64,000 nucleotides of DNA, from contig NC_059430.1 of the NCBI RefSeq assembly GCF_021028975.2, positions 61,256,001 to 61,320,000 of the forward strand, read 5' to 3'. Made by a program: the position numbers and the translations under genes. Below the pieces are notes generated by a model that was given only the letters and a program-made list of their open reading frames with translations, searched no databases and was not told where the DNA came from. This DNA comes from Sphaerodactylus townsendi. Lineage: Eukaryota. Below are positions 36,601 to 48,699 of this stretch, piece by piece. How positions within the stretch are numbered: the first letter of the stretch is position 1; the number at the start of each line of letters is the position of its first letter.

Positions 36601-38547
36601 CCACATTTATCGTATTCTCTTGAATGAAAAGGCCACTGAGAGCTGAAGCAAACAATGCATACACACAAAAACTGCTTTGGGCATAAGCCAGTAAATCAGG
36701 TTGTAAAGCGAATTTCTCTCAATTCCACACAGAGGTCATCCGAAAACAGAGTGAAATGCTTTGTTCTTAACTACGTACACAGAATGATGTGTGTTGATTT
36801 TTAACTTAAGGTTCAAAAACTTTCTTCATTTGTAAACATCAATTTCCCTATTGCATGCACAGGAAATCAAGTCACAAGGAAATAGTGCTGCTCCACCTTT
36901 CCTTAAATCAAGACTTCAAGGTAAAACTTACCATCAAGGCATGCAGAACCTATTGTTCTTCAACTGGAAAAAGCCAAGACTCCATAAAATGGTAATTACA
37001 TATTTTAAAAAACATATACAGTTTATTTCCAAATACAGTAAAAATCTAATCAGCTCTCAACAATTTACACTCTAGCTTTTTTAGAATCTGAGTTCATTAC
37101 TTTCCTTCAAGGAGAGGAATTATTTGGTTTGTTTCACAGTTTCTAAGTACTCATGAAGATCAGAAATCTGTATTTTTATAAAAAAATTTAAAAGAACAAT
37201 GCATTTTAATTAGAATCTATTTGAATGTAAAAACAGCATTTCTAGAGCAGACTAAAATTACCCTAATCCATAATCCTTTCAGCTGTATAAAAGGAGCTGG
37301 CTGTAATGATGTCTGTCACTGAAGCACAGGCTAGCCACATTCTCCACAGGCCATGCTGACTTTATACCTCCAGTAGATCTATTTTTAGCCAACGATTTCT
37401 AGCATGTTAGAAAGTATATTCCATCCATCTGCACTAGTATGTTACCCTATTCAACAACTCCAGAAAACCATGTGTTTCAAACTAGGTCCATTTATTGCAA
37501 GTCAAAATAAGTTGCCTCCTAGTTACTGAACTTTATGTACACGCTGTAGTGAAACATGATTATTTAATAAGTGCAGGGGCAGGGAGACGTCCCAAAGGAA
37601 TAAAGACAGTATCTGTATTTGGTTTCATGATGTTCAGACTATTAGACCACAAGAGGCTAATAATTTCCTATGCTTTTCACACATAGAACGAAGGATATCA
37701 ATACTCCTGATTGATTACTAGTATTGAATAAAGATTTATGGCCCTATGGAATACAATTTAATAGTAATCTGTTGATAATCTAGCATTTCTATTCATAAAG
37801 TGATCTATTGGTAGCATGGAATCACCTATATTATAAGAATACTGTGTCATAATCAGTGGTAAGAAACATTTTTAAAAAACAGGTAACATTTATAAGCCAG
37901 CAAGGGCTTGTAATTGAACCTTATCTAAAGCATGCTGCCAAGATTTTTTTAAAGGAGAGTACTACTGATTAATGTACTTAGCAAAGCCAGTTTCTCCAGA
38001 AAACAAAAACCAGTTACTCCTGGTATCATTTCAGTTGGGACATTTGTAGGCCTGACCAACAAGAAACAAGATCTGAGATACATTGGGCTCTTCAAAGTAA
38101 AACTGACCAGAGATGGCCAGAAAAAGTGAATTACAGAAGAATTAGGGAACATTCCTGTCTATGGGTATAGGGAAGGTGAGAGATATCCCAGCATGACAGA
38201 TAGCAATGCAAATCCTCCTTCTGCTATCCAGAAATAGCCATTGATGGCCACCTTCATCCATTTGTAGTGCTTATGATGTCAAATTTGTAAATTCATTACT
38301 AGAAATCTATCTGGGAGAGGGAACTTCCCTGTAGTTTGTCAGTCACTGGTAGAAAAAGGACAGAGGCCCTCTGCCTGAAAGGTCACTGCTGCTGATTCAC
38401 CCCTCAGTGCCAACTTTCCCAAAGTCAGGGCTTTTACTGTCTCCGTGGCTTATGGCAAGGCTGGCAGTGCACCTAGCAACCTTTAGGATGCCCTGCAGTG
38501 TGGTGGATGCAGTAGGCAACAGCCTAGCCAACCTGACACAAGCCACA

Positions 38548-38757
38548 AGGGTAGCCAGCTCCAGTTTGAGAAATTCCTGGAAATTTGGGATGGTGTGTGG
38601 GGTGGACTTTAAGGAGGACAAAGACCTTGATGGATGCAATGCCACAGAAACCACCTTTCAACACGGCCATTTTCTCCAAGTGAACTAATCGCTAATCTGA
38701 AGACTGGCTGTAATTTCAGGAGAACTCCAGCTTCCACCTGAAAGTTGCCAAACCTAC
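38548..38757. mobile_element. Degenerate hAT-like MITE (TAGGGTTGCCA-type ends)
   Basis: agggtagccagc...gttgccaaaccta termini; related reverse copies at ~53630-53735 and 61768-61973. Confidence 0.55.
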
Positions 38758-38869
38758 AAGCACGGATTTTCAGGAAATACAGTCTCACTCCTCCCTGATA
38801 TCATGTGGGGCTGGCTTCCATCATGTGGAGGAGTGCAGATACATTTTCACAGTATCCTCTCTACTTTTT

Positions 38870-38939
38870 ATACAGATATATAGATATACGGATATATATA
38901 GACATATAGATATACAGAGATATATAGATATATAGATAT
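38870..38939. repeat. (ATATAG)n-like microsatellite
   Basis: Directly visible. Confidence 0.85.
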
Positions 38940-39122
38940 GCAGCTGTAATTGTCTACTTCAGTTCTGCCTACATAGAAAAACTGAGTTTAAAAGCTGTAT
39001 CAATAGCATCCCCCATAAGCTATGGGTGCCATTTCTCACAGTTTATACACATAAAAGGATACCATTTATTCAAAACCCAGATTTATACAAACTAAACATA
39101 TTGAGAATTCTCTTTTAAATAT

Positions 39123-39448
39123 GAAGAAGAAGAAGAAGAAGAAGAAGAAGAAGAAGAAGAAGAAGAAGAAGAAGAAGAAGAAGAAGAAGAAGAAGAAGAG
39201 TTTTCGATTCATATCCTCCTTTCTCTCCTGTAGGAGACTCAAAGGGGCTTACAATCTCCTTGCCCTCCCCCCCCCCCCTCACAACAAACACCCTGTGAGG
39301 TAGGTGGGGCTGAGAGAGCTCAGAGAAGCTGTGACTAGCCCAATGTCAGCCAGCTGGCATGTGTGGGAGTGCACAGGCTAATCTGAATTCCCCAGATAAG
39401 CCTCCACAGCTCAGGCGGCAGAGCGGGGAATCAAACCTGGTTCCTCCA
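39123..39448 (-). mobile_element. Squamate tRNA-derived SINE with expanded (AAG)n tail
   Basis: About 25 perfect AAG units at 39123-39200, then ...cacaacaaacaccctgtgaggtagg...; reverse B-box-like ggtttgattcc at the far end. Confidence 0.8.
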
Positions 39449-40299
39449 TTTTGTCCATTTCTAGGTTTATTCTTTCTGTAAATAGTATGATAGATATTCC
39501 TAAAGTCTTTTAAATGGTAAATCCAGACATGTAATGATGACTGTAGATGAAGAATCTGATTTTCTATTTTGTCTTGTATTTTTAAAAAACAGGTAACATT
39601 TATAGCTGGAAGAATTGGCCTATAAAAGATATGTAAGTTGTTCAGTAATGATTAGCTGTTGTTTTACTTCTGTTTTGGTATGCTTCCCATGCTTCAAACC
39701 TGCATTCAAGTAATAGTATTGGGATCTTTCACAACTGATTTATTAATGCATTGGAATAATATTTTGACTGAAGATACATTTTGATTCCATTTTGCCAAGA
39801 AGTAATTGTTTAGAATATCAGTAATTGTTTTATAATTGTTTAGAATATCAGTTTTTGTAATAAGCTCTTGAAACAATTCAAGTAGTTGTTTCGAATGATA
39901 TAAACCATTACAGAAATGAAGGTAATGTGGGAGAAACATTGGGTTGTATCCGAGAACCATGAATGGTCCCTGGGAATAGCACTTTTCTCGTTCTCTTGCA
40001 TTTCCTGAAAAAGCAACTGTTGAAGGTCAGTGGACCTAGAATGCAGTAAAATAGAATGCAGTGTGAGACACTATGTCAATAAATGGAATGGGAAGAAATC
40101 CTCTCCTTAATCTTGTGACTTCTTGCTTCATTTGTGGAACAGCTTGTGCTAGAAGAAAGGAGGTGACTTCAGCATATCCCAAGCTGCAACCTGCCATGGA
40201 ATATTGTACTTTTCCCCCAACTATCCCCCAATCTTCAGGGAAAGCCTTTTGTTCACTTGCAAGTGAAGGAAAATAAATTTGCTGAGCTTAAGTAGTGAC

Positions 40300-41000
40300 A
40301 TAGTAGTCATCAGATACACTGTACTCCATTTCTCAATCCATCTTAATTTACCTACAGATGTCTTTTTTATTATTTTAAATAATGGTTGGAGAAGGACACT
40401 ATTAGTTGTAAAGCTCCTGACAATGCCCTGTAATAGTTGGAGTAACTGGCATAACCTGACGGTAAGAATAAGTTGGTTTTTACTACCAATTTCTTCTTGG
40501 TCTGTCTTAAGTTTGTTAATATGTTCAAATAATCTTGAACAAAGTACAAATAACTGGAGGATTTATGTATTTCAGTCTCTAACCCCCTTTGACTATCCCG
40601 GTTTGTTTTTAGTGGATCTGAGACAGGACAATAGCAGCTGAAGTTTTGGTTGAAGAGCTAGGATTTAGAGTGCCCATCATTCTGCATCTCTTACATGAAG
40701 ATTTGTTTGAACTTTGTAATTTGGTACTCAATATGAGAACAAGTTCCTATTTCCCTTGGTTTATAAACACAAAGATTAGGATGTTCAGTGACTTGTGTGA
40801 TCCAATTCGTTATACATTCCTGATTCCTTTCATATATAAAACTAAAATAGCTTGCAAATACGAACTTAAATCTCCACAAAGATAAACACACTGGATGATT
40901 ATGGAAAGGTTTGTTTAGTGAACTGCAATATATAGAATTTTATTCTGAAGAGTACTTTCATTGTTGCCATTATGCTATTATGGGATTTGTTTTGGATGGC
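40300..41000 (-). mobile_element. Possible old L1/Tx1 ORF2 fragment
   Basis: Reverse peptide PNLCVYKPREIGTCSHIEYQITKFKQIF resembles the L1 C-terminal zinc knuckle (C..C..E.GT..H....C.K); highly decayed. Confidence 0.35.
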
Positions 41001-41190
41001 TGATTGAATAGATTAATAATGAAGTGTTCCCTTGATTTGTAACACTGAGAAATCTGTAAAATATGAGGTTACTTATTGCTTTTAACAGAAGAAAATACCG
41101 CAGTATGGCCAATTAGGCACAAGGTGTTTGCTGCATGTTGGAGGCGAACACCATGGCAAAATTTCTTATATGGACCTATTTCCTCTAGGC

Positions 41191-41733
41191 CAGGGGTCTG
41201 CAACCTGCGGCTCCAGAGCTGCATGTGGCTCTTTCAGCCTTATACTGCGGCTCCACATGACCTGGAGGTCGGAGGGTAGTGTGGGCTTGTCCCTCCAGAG
41301 CAGCTGCCATCCCCCCTCTGCTATCCCCGCAGCCGCCATCCCCCCTCTGCCCCATGGAGCAGGCGACTTGGGGCAGAGGGGGTTTCCCTGCCTGGCGCCG
41401 TTGCCTCCCGCAGCGCAAGAGGCGGCGGCACCAGGCAGGCCGTGGCCGCCATCCCCCCTCTGCCCCACGGAGCAGAGGTGGGTTTCCCTGCCCAGCACTG
41501 CTGCCTCCTGCAGCACGAGAGGCGGCGGCACTGGACAGGCCGCAGATGCCATCCCCCCTGTGCCCCACGGTGCAGGTGACTGCCTTCTCCGTCGGGCAGA
41601 GGGGGTTTCCCTGCCCGGCGCCTCTGCCTCCCAGTGCTGGAAGGAAAGGGGAGTGCAGGGGCCAAACCAGAGGTGGCTCCGTAGATCTTCGGGGCTGTGG
41701 AGAATGGGTCCAAATGGCTCTTGCTGACCCCTG
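41191..41733. mobile_element. Non-autonomous hAT (Charlie/Buster-type) with internal GC-rich tandem repeats, 543 bp
   Basis: Exact TSD ctctaggc at 41183-41190 and 41734-41741; TIRs caggggtctgcaa / ttgctgacccctg; repeated gccatccccc...tgcccca...gggtttccctgcc units. Confidence 0.9.
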
Positions 41734-42396
41734 CTCTAGGCCAGCTTTCACTTTCACTTTCCACTCTCTCTGCAGCAAGCAAGCTCACTTATAGCACAGT
41801 TTTAATTCTGCTTTGCTGCCAGAGCAGGTCAGGTTTGCCAGTGGGCACAGCTTTGCCCCACACCTCTTCCCTTCATCCGCAGCCAGCCTGTCTAATCTTA
41901 CCTCTCCATTCCCTGGCATTGCTTTGCACACTTCTCCCTTGGCCCTGTTGCAAACTACTTCCCACTTCTTGTCCTGCCATATCATTTCTATTGCCCGTGA
42001 CCTCCCACTTCTGCACATCTTTAGATTTAAAAAATAAATAACCATATTGATAGATTGATAAATGGATAGTAACACTTAAAAAGTAAAAATAATAAGACTA
42101 GTCGATCAGTCCAAACAACCAATTTGTCTGTGCATTTGATCAACATCTCCAGCCTTGTAGTTTTATATACAAGACATCAGTGATTCCAGACCACACTGGG
42201 AAAAGCCCACTGGTCTTGTCACTTGGGTTTACAGCACATCAGGAGCCAGACGATCATGAGCCCGGGGAGCTTAACAAATGACCTTTTGCAGTTTTGCAGT
42301 TTGCATGCTGCTGTTACTCCCCCCTCACTTCCCACCATAAAAGACAATCTGTGTTCAGGCAAGATTTTTCTTTAATACCTTGCCTTTTTATGTCAA

Positions 42397-42478
42397 TATA
42401 TCAATCTATTGATAAATTATATCAATCTATTGATAAGTTATATCAATCTATTGATAAATTATATCAATCTATTGATAA
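42397..42478. repeat. Minisatellite, 4 x 21 bp (atatcaatctattgataartt), each unit palindromic
   Basis: Directly visible; tatcaat-ct-attgata is an inverted repeat. Confidence 0.9.
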
Positions 42479-42960
42479 GATTAAATATTATATTAAAAAT
42501 TAAAGCACGTATACATGATAGAAATAGAGAACCTGTGAAACATGCCCCCCCCCCTCCGGGACACAAGTAAAATGCCTGCCCCGCTGCAAACAGGGAAGGG
42601 GGTAATAATGCCAAATGTGCCCCGAAACAAAGGCTCTTCAGAACAATTCTCTTTGAAGTTGCGGGAACCACACTGTACATAATCAGCTTATGTCAGATAT
42701 TCCTAGCAATAGCTGGGACGCATTGAGAGCTAAACTGCAATATATGACCCTCCCTCTACACAATAGTTGTTGAATAATTGCTGTATGTGAACAGTTTTGA
42801 AAACTTCAAGGGCATATGTCGATTACAAGCTGATAGTTAAAAGTATTTTCAATGTCCTTTCTGCAGCAGAGGCTGCATCAGAAGCAAGAAGTTCCTGACC
42901 AGCTGTTCAGTCATATACAAATACTTGTGTATGAACTTGTTGCATGTATACTATTTAGAG

Positions 42961-43127
42961 CAGTGGTGGCGAACCTATGGCACTCCAGATGTTCATGGAC
43001 TGCAATTCCCATCAGCCCCTGCCAGCATGGCCAAATGGTGGGAATTGCAGTCCATGATGGGAATTGTAGTCCATGATGGGAATTGCAGTCCATGAACATC
43101 TGGAGTGCCATAGGTTCACCACCATGG
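42961..43127. mobile_element. Palindromic hAT MITE with internal 20-bp triplication
   Basis: TSD atttagag / atttagat; same family as 8672; right arm carries three copies of tgggaattgyagtccatga. Confidence 0.88.
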
Positions 43128-44016
43128 ATTTAGATGATAATGTTCCCATATACAGTTACTGAAAACCACTGAAACACAGCTCTGATGGTCCTAAGGAATA
43201 TAGTGTATAAGAACTCCATTCTGTATAATGCTACTTCAAAGCTAGGAACATGCAGAAGCAGAAGAAAAGCTGATTGTGAAGATACACATGTATGTGTCAT
43301 GCCCCTTGACTGTTCAATAACAGACTCTGTATTCAGTTGGTGTCTTTATTATGAAACAGCATCAGGAATAAGCATTTAGATTTCTATTGATAGAACTAAG
43401 CATAACCTGCAATACGGCCTCCATTTTACCCCACATTTCACATTCACCCAGCAGTTTATTGGTGGTAGCTCATGGCAGTAGCAAAATAAATAAATAAATA
43501 AAACAAGTATCAGCAGCAAAATTGAGGCTGCAAGAAAAAGGAGGAAGGAGATGGCAGCAAAATGGTGGGACAGAGGGGAGGATGGATGAAAGGGAGGGAT
43601 GGCTCCTTTGTGGGAAGGGAAAAGGTGGGGAGGGAGGGAAGAGCGAAAAGCAGAAGAAGGCTTGATGAAATGTGTTCTATTTTGTTTCCTGTGCAAAAAG
43701 GTAAAAAAGGTCAGTTTTTTTCCACTTTTGGAAAATCCAGGTGTTCTTCTTCAAGAAGCATGGTCGCTTCAGAACAGTTTCATAATTGAAAATTTAACAG
43801 AGAAAATATATTGGATCAATTACATAATTGAAAATCTAACCTGAAGGAAAATTCCAATTGAGATTAGGAGACATTCTGTGCTCAATTGGTGTGTGTATAT
43901 GGGCTGAGGTTTATCATATGCTCTCTCTGCAGGAGAAAATCTATAATGGCAGCAGGCCATAAAAGAGACCCATTTGGGGAATATCTTAATGAAGTTCCTC
44001 AAGCTATGGTTAAGAC

Positions 44017-44154
44017 CAGGGGTCTTCAAACTATGGCCCTCCAGATGTTCATAGACTACAATTCCCATGAGCCCTACCACTTGGCCATGCTGGCAGGGAT
44101 TGATGGGAATTGCAGTCCCTGAACATTTGGAGGGCCATAGTTTGAAGACCCCTG
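44017..44154. mobile_element. Palindromic hAT MITE, variant TIR (CAGGGGTCTTCAAAC), 138 bp
   Basis: Exact TSD gttaagac at 44009-44016 and 44155-44162; core shared with 8672 and 47544. Confidence 0.92.
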
Positions 44155-45129
44155 GTTAAGACATACATGGTGCAAACACTGTAACAAAGAAATACAAGGC
44201 CTGTTGGCCCGAATGAAACTGGAGATAGTTCACCTTGCAATAATTACTTAATATCTATGTTTTTCTAATAGTATAACCAAATCAGTAATTTCTGATATTC
44301 TGTAAAGCTTATCTGAAAAATTATTATATTAAACATTAAACCTTCACCTGGTTGTAAATATTAAAATTATACTAGTAAGAATGTCTCTATGTGAAAAACC
44401 AAAACTAGTCTTACTAACTAGTGATTTAAATCATGGTTTAAATTGTGATTTAAATTAAATCCATCCTGATAAAAGCACAGCTGCTGTCTCTTCTTGGTCA
44501 GCAGAGGAGAAGGGAATATTCTTGGGCTCATTCCTTTCCATTACCTGAACATGATGAGTTAAGCTTAAGAAATGCTATATCCTTATATAAGCAATTTGCT
44601 GCATAATCAATTGTTTGAAAGAATTTCTTGCTTTTATTCTTATTATTATTTACTAGAAGGATGTGATTACCAAACAGTATTTGCACTCATAAGGATTAAA
44701 GTCTTTAAGCCAAAGGTGGGAAGTAAGCCAGTCTGGTCAGGTATATCATACTTGTAAGAAAATGGCTATGCCCTGGCTCACCACAGCCTTTCAAATGCTG
44801 CCCAAGCTGCTACAGCTCTCTCATTCTATCTAGGTACAAAAGTTCAAGAATTTCTGCCCTTTTCACATGTGCTGAACACAGAATTTTTGGGCAATTGAAG
44901 CTAAGACTATTTGTATATTAAGGTTAGTATTGTCTACTCTGACTGGAAGCAGCTCTCCAGGGTCTCAAGCAAAGGTATTTTCTTTTCACCAACCACCCAG
45001 TCTTGTTAACTGAAAATGCAGACATCCAGTCATTGGCCTTCCATGTGCCAAGCAAATGATCCACCACTGAGCCACACCCTCTCCGTCCATTTACATGGAG
45101 TGAATCCCAAACAAGTAAGCTGTAGCCTT

Positions 45130-46600
45130 CCTACATCAGATAACGTTGACATCTTATTTTAACAAGTCCCACAGGGCCCCAGTCTCTCTAGGGAGCCTGT
45201 TCCACCAGAGAGGGGCCAGAGCCATAAAAGCCTTGGCCCTAGTAGAGACCAGCCAGATGTGTTTCGGGCCAAGGACCTCTAATAGGTTCTCCTCCAAAGA
45301 CCAGAGGGACCTAACGGGGCAATATGGGGAGACGCGGTCCCTCAAGTATGCGGGTTCAAGGCCGCTTATGGCCTTAAAGATTAAAACCAACACCTTTAAC
45401 ATGACCCGGAACTCGATGGGCAGCCAATGTAGATGGTACAAGACCGGCATGATCTGGTTCCAACTGGACGTCCCAGTAAGGAGTCTGGCAGCCGTATGCT
45501 GGACGAGTTTAAGCTTCCAGATCACAGTCAAAGGCAGGCCAGTGTACAGCCAAGTTACAACAGTCAAGCCTGAAGGTGACCACTGCATGGATGACTGTGG
45601 CTAAGTCTGTACGGGAGAGGTATGGGGTCAGTTGCCTTGCCTGCCACAGATGGTGGAACATTACCCGAGCTGTATGAGTGACCTGGGCCTCAAGCGATAA
45701 CGCTGGGTCCAAGATCACACCCAGGCTTCTGACGGACGAGGCTAATTGTAATGCCTCACCATCCAGCAGAGGTAGGCAAAAGTCCACCAGTTGCTCCCCA
45801 TGACCCAGCCACAGCACCTCCGTCTTCGTAAGATTTAACTTTAATTGGCTTGCTCTCAACCAACCAGCAACGGCATCCAAACAATGCAGGAGAGCTCCAG
45901 GGGTCGAAGACGGACTGCCCTCCATTGTGAACATGAGCTGGATGTCATCAGTATATTGGTGACACCACAGCCCAAAACTCCAGACCAAACTTGCCAGGGG
46001 GTGCATGTAGATGTTTAAAAGCATTGGGGAGAGGATTGCCCCCTGTGGCACCTCATAAACTATGGGGTGACACCTGGAGTTCTCTTCACCCAATTTCACC
46101 TGCTGTCCCTGGTCTTGGAGAAAAGAGGCCAGCCAGCACAAGGCTGACCCCCAAACTCTGATATCGGCGAGGCAGTGGATCAAAAGGTTGTGATCTAATA
46201 CATCGAACACTGCAGTGAGATCTAACACCAGCAGCGCCGAACCACTTCTGTCCAAGTACAGCCGGAGTTATCCACGACTGCGACCAGTACCGTCTTGGTC
46301 CCATGGCCAGCGCAGAAGCCGGACTGGAAGGGATCCAACACATTTGCATCATCCAGGAACTGCTGGAGCTGATCCACCACTGCTCGCTCAATTACCTTAC
46401 CCAGAAATGGCAAATTTGAAACTGGGCGGTAATTGGCCGGATCCAAAGGATCTAAGTGCAGTCTTCTTAGGAGTGGGCGGACCACTGCCTCTTTAAGCAG
46501 ACCTGGAAAAAACCCTTGCTCAGGGGAGCTATTTATGATTTTCAACAGGTGGCTCTGAAGCTCCTCCCTGCTGGCTTTAACCAGTCAGGAAGAGCACGGG
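45130..46600 (-). mobile_element. L2-clade LINE ORF2 fragment (reverse transcriptase), frameshifted
   Basis: Reverse ORFs: NYRPVSNLPFLGKVIERAV, LDPFQSGF..GHGT.T, LDLTAVFD, VPQGAILSP.L.NIYM, QYTDDIQL, LHWLPIEFR. Confidence 0.92.
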
Positions 46601-46661
46601 TCATCTTAAGAGGTTGCAATTTTTTGCTGAAAGACAGGGAAGAGGAAGGAGCCTCACTGAG

Positions 46662-46737
46662 TGCAGAATAGCAAAATCCACTTGCAAACAATTGTGAAAG
46701 TGGATTGAAAGTGCATTATTCTGCATGTGTAGAAGAT
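46662..46737. mobile_element. Small palindromic MITE remnant (possibly PIF/Harbinger-like)
   Basis: tgcagaata..aatccactt / aagtggatt..tattctgca inverted repeat; related right arm at ~52605-52646. Confidence 0.5.
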
Positions 46738-47543
46738 GTCATTGTCTTCCTGCAGCAGGTGAAGACTTTTAGGTGCGGAAGGGGTCTTACTCCTTAATTC
46801 CTGGCCTTAAAGTCTCCCAGCCCCTCTGGCTCTCACTAAAAGCCAGAGTTAGAAAAGCATGCCCATCTGAATGATATGGTGAGACTTTGAGTTGCTAATA
46901 ACAAGCCTTCTGCAGTATACTCACAAAGTCCTTAACTATACACCTTTAAAACAACAATTTTACCTTTCTTTATCTGCTCTGACATCCCCAGTATACTCTT
47001 GTCCACTTCTAACTCTTCTACCTTGTGAATCTGCCCAGTCTGCTCTAACCCTTAGTTGGTTTCCAGTTCCATCCGAGAACACCTGCATGGTGCCAACTTC
47101 TTCTCCCTCTCAAATCCCACAATCACACAATCTTTGATTTATAAAACCTCCAAAAAAGTTTTTAAAAAACGCAAAACCTAAGTACATGTAAGTCCGTATC
47201 CCTTTCAGTCTCTTTTGCTTCTTCCAGCTTTCTCTCCTCTCTCAATTCAGATCATGATCTCCTTGGGATACCCTAACGGTGCCTGTATATTAAATAACAA
47301 CATGTCTCTGGCCCTACTTATCAATTAATTGCTGCGCACATTGGTTACCGGCTATATCTCTTCACCAATGCCAAAAACTACAGGCCAAATGCTGCCCCCA
47401 ATTGTAATCACAATGAATCCTGCTTTACACTGCTTACAGACTTCTAGCAGCTGTTACAATCCTTGGATACCAAAAAGTCAGTGAGGAATAGCTGTAGCCA
47501 ATTCCTCTAGTAATAGAAGGGACAGATTATGCTTACCTTAGAG

Positions 47544-47689
47544 CTGTTGTGGCGAATCTTTGGCACTCCAGATGTTATGGACTACAATTCCCATCAGCCC
47601 CTGCCAGCATGGCCAATTGGCCATGCTGGCAGGGGCTGATGGGAATTGTAGTCCATAACATCTGGAGTGCCAAAGGTTTGCCACCACTG
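47544..47689. mobile_element. Palindromic hAT MITE, 146 bp, near-perfect hairpin
   Basis: Exact TSD ccttagag at 47536-47543 and 47690-47697; centre ggccaattggcc. Confidence 0.93.
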
Positions 47690-48699
47690 CCTTAGAGCCT
47701 TACAACCAAACCAAGCTAGCACTGATGACCACAACATTCTTAACCATTGTTATCATCCTGATCCTGGACATAATGTCTTTCTGATTTGAAAATCAACGCT
47801 TATCAGTACACTAGGCCTTTGTCTTTTCCCCTATCAGCATGCAGAAAAGCTATGTCATCCTTTGATTCAGAAGGAATCTGTAGTCCTTACAAAATTTCAA
47901 CTAAGCCAGGGTGCATTTCGTTAAGACAGTTAAAAAGATTAATGTGCAGTCATATGCAGTTGGAACAGCTCTACGCAGGATATTTTGAACATTCAACAGA
48001 GTATAATATAAACAACAAGCAGGGGACCTGCAAGTAGTTGCAGGTGGCGTCTCATTTGTTTTCCTTCTTCACTCTTTATCTTCCCTGAATGCCCCTTCCC
48101 TGAATGCTTCTCTCCTTTTCTTGTTTTCTACCCAGCAACCTATCTACTTTTATCTGCCCCATTTCTTCAGCTGTTCCTCCTCCTGGCAGCCCCTCCCTGG
48201 AAAAATTGCACTGGGCGAGGCCTAGCTGCCCAGCTATACTTGAAGGATGGCAAAAGGATTTTAGATTTTTCTGCCAACCTGCAGCTTTTTACAGGTTTGT
48301 AGAAAAATCTTGAATCTCAGGATTTAAGCATCCACAGAGGTGGCCATCCTGAGAATTAAGTATAGCCATGATGACAGTGCTACATGGGAAACACTCATGC
48401 ATGTGTGTCACACAAACAGCACCAACACTACAAGGACCTTAGCAGGGCACCCACACCATATGAAGCACAAAATATACCATAGCCCTACACTGGTAAGTGC
48501 TTTTCACTGGGTGGCATCACACTGAAATGAAGCCTAGAATAACTTGTGCCACTTCTAAATGCTGTCAATGAATCAAAAGGAATGAGAACGGTTACTTTAA
48601 AATTTTCACCTTCTAATACCAATCGCACCTTCTCCTCCCTTGACTAACATCACCGACTAATTTGAAACGCTGTTGTGAAAGCTTAGCGACGACTAAAGA

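Noticed and set aside
39121-39303. ORF starting with a long poly-lysine run
   Set aside because: Translation of the (AAG)n microsatellite tail of a SINE; no splice or coding context.
41128-41794. Long ORFs in nearly all six frames
   Set aside because: GC-rich tandem repeats within a TSD-bounded hAT element; stop codons are depleted by composition.
42397-42478. Palindromic repeats resembling a CRISPR array
   Set aside because: Head-to-tail units with no unique spacers, no cas genes, vertebrate intron.
45154-46545. Functional reverse transcriptase gene
   Set aside because: Split over three frames, 5'-truncated, with YADD changed to YTDD; a dead L2 copy.
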